Assembly: GCA_951406725.2 (NCBI GenBank)
Contig: OX597814.1
Coordinates: 5,394,001 to 5,458,000, forward strand
Length of the DNA stretch: 64,000 nucleotides
DNA from: Octopus vulgaris
Taxonomy: Eukaryota
Direction of reading: 5' to 3'
Every line of letters begins with the position of its first letter. Position 1 is the first letter of the stretch. Position numbers and translations under genes: made by a program. Below, piece after piece: positions 62,201-64,000 of this stretch. Under the pieces are notes generated by a model that was not told the origin of the DNA, ran no database searches, and worked only from the letters and a program-made list of their open reading frames with translations.

Positions 62201-62780
62201 CATTTAGCTCAGTGATATTGCCATTTGTTTCTGTGGCTATTAGTTCCGTGACAGCCAGGTTTATGCTATTTATTATCAATGTTGTTTTTTTGGTCTATTT
62301 TGATTTTTGGGAATAATGTGTTTTTCAGTTCTTTGATTATTCTATTTTTTATGGTATCATAATCATTAGGCTCCCCTTCGTTGTTTCCAGGTTTTAGATT
62401 TGTGTCGCTTTTTTTCTCATTCGTATGTTTGTCTGTTGTGTTTTGGTTTGCTACTTTTCTTACATTATTATTCATCCTTACGGTCTAGGTTTATTGTTTT
62501 TTGTTTACTTCGTTTTTGTTGGAAATGTTACGTCTGTTTTCGTGTTTTACTATCTCAGTGTCTATATTATTTGGTATTGTTGTGTGTTTACTATCTACAT
62601 TTTCCTGATGTATTTTTTCTTATAAATGTTCTATTTCTATTTCTGAAATTTTTTTGGGTTGAGAATATATCTTCGTATGGTAGCTAGTTTATTAGGGTTC
62701 ATTGCTGTATCCAAGTCTTTGTTTAGGTTATTTTTCTTCCATATTTTATATGTATTTATTGTTGTGTTTTTGTTCTTTGG
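59270..62780 (-). mobile_element. R4/Dong-like RLE LINE, longer but frameshifted copy
   Basis: ORF pieces 59524-60069, 60239-60487 and 60656-61135 match the 796-aa protein; extends further 5'; (ATT)n at its 3' end. Confidence 0.92.
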
Positions 62781-62884
62781 GTAGAGCAATTCTTCTACCA
62801 CCATTGCCTCTTCTTCTCCTCTTCCTCCTCTGTCACCCCCACCCCACCCCCTCTTCTTCTTCTAATTATTATTATCATATCATA

Positions 62885-63435
62885 GATGTCGCCCAGTATA
62901 CAATGTAATGAGGTTGTTGATGGCAGACATTGTATATAATGTTTGTCAAGTGACAACAAGGACCTCAGACCGACAGTACTTTACACAATATGCATCCAAT
63001 TCCAAGTAATGCCGACTTCTGCAATACACCTAGATTGGAGGGTATTTCTAAAGTTTTCAGATGGGATGGTATTGAACCCAATACTCCGATGACAATAGGG
63101 ATAACCTTTATGTTTGACTCTTGTACCTGCCACATCTTAGCAATCTCAATTCTCAGCTCTCCGTATTTATCAACATTTTCTCTTTCTTTCACGATGATAA
63201 GTTGATCTCCTGGCACTGCCACATCAATTATTGGGCACTCTTGTTTGTCCCTCCTAAAGGTTACTATATCCAGCTTTCAGTGCTCTAACACTTTGTCTGT
63301 CTGGAAGTCAAAGTCCCAGAGGATTTTTGCCTTCCCCTTTTCATCCATTACCTTTTCCAGTGTTTGTTGGTACTAAGCAGCCACAATCTCATATCCATAC
63401 TTACGGCATAGTAGCCAGTGGAGGTTTTGGGCCTT
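62885..63435 (-). mobile_element. RLE-type LINE 3' fragment (family of 32075-32522)
   Basis: ORF 62965-63222; upstream ILWDFDFQTDK...LDI motif. Confidence 0.85.
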
Positions 63436-63544
63436 GAAGCATCATGAAGGTGGATGTCATTCCATCAACGTGCGGATGCTAGTTGCTCTCGTTCATACTT
63501 TAAACTTAGATTTCTGTAATTTTGAATATTTATCACTTCTTATT

Positions 63545-63587
63545 TTGAACTTGACAAAGACAGACGTACTGTTGATATATTGTTCAA
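63545..63587 (+). ncRNA. Minimal hammerhead-like motif (U3-A8), degenerate
   Basis: TTGAAC-TTGACAA-A-GACAG-ACGTA-CTGTT-GATA-TA-TT-GTTCAA, inside a solo copy of the 31.83-31.98 kb terminal repeat. Confidence 0.45.
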
Positions 63588-63670
63588 CTAATAGAATATC
63601 TTACAATCGAATCACACTCTTCGTCTTGACTGTTTACCTTTGTGAAGATTTACGTCAATCCTTTTTAAAA

Positions 63671-63727
<57 letters not shown>

Positions 63728-63940
63728 CATTATTATTATTAAGGCAGTGATCTGGCAGAATACTTATCAGGTCAGGTGATATTTTTAGCAATATTTTGTC
63801 CATCTTCACATTCTGAGTTCAAATTCTGTTGATGTTAGCTTTGCCTTACATCCTTTCAGGGTTGATAAATTAAACACCAGTGAAATGTCTATTCCCCTTT
63901 TCCAAAATTTCAGGCCTTGAGCCTTTAGAAGAATGGGTTA
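63671..63940 (+). mobile_element. (ATT)n tract followed by tRNA-derived SINE
   Basis: aaggcagtgatctggcagaat...gagttcaaattc...; homolog of 47825-48030. Confidence 0.8.
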
Positions 63941-64000
63941 TTTTAATATTTTAAAAGGATTGATGTAAGTCTTCACAAAGGTAAACAGACAAGACAAAGA

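Overview
AT-rich, repeat-dense eukaryotic genomic DNA. The SINE, RTE and Penelope families and the (GAT)n/(TA)n/(TAA)n tracts look like a coleoid cephalopod, probably Octopus; this is inferred from repeat content only. One host gene runs across the + strand: an internal portion of a PARP14-like macro-PARP. I can assemble 11 GT-AG, phase-compatible exons (12220-57922, 3201 nt, about 1067 codons), plus one weaker exon at 59012-59077. They encode a long N-terminal region, one hydrolase-type macrodomain (NAAN/GGV/GIFG) and two macrodomains produced by duplication of a four-exon module. No start, stop, WWE or PARP catalytic exon is visible. A broken duplicate of part of the gene lies at about 2-5.5 kb. 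The introns are filled with RTE LINEs, R4/Dong-like RLE LINEs in TAA repeats, Penelope-like elements (one nearly intact), a CR1/L2-group LINE, a mariner relic, a hAT MITE, SINEs and a 115-bp SINE-derived tandem array. Main unannotated signals: (i) about ten type I hammerhead-ribozyme-like motifs from several unrelated families, most with palindromic helix III and some with a U3-A8 core; (ii) a roughly 340-nt hammerhead-containing repeat present once as a head-to-tail partial dimer starting at the predicted cleavage site and once circularly permuted, i.e. a candidate retrozyme; (iii) duplicated macrodomain exons that are far more divergent than their adjacent intron. All alignments and folds were done by eye, and transposon boundaries are approximate.
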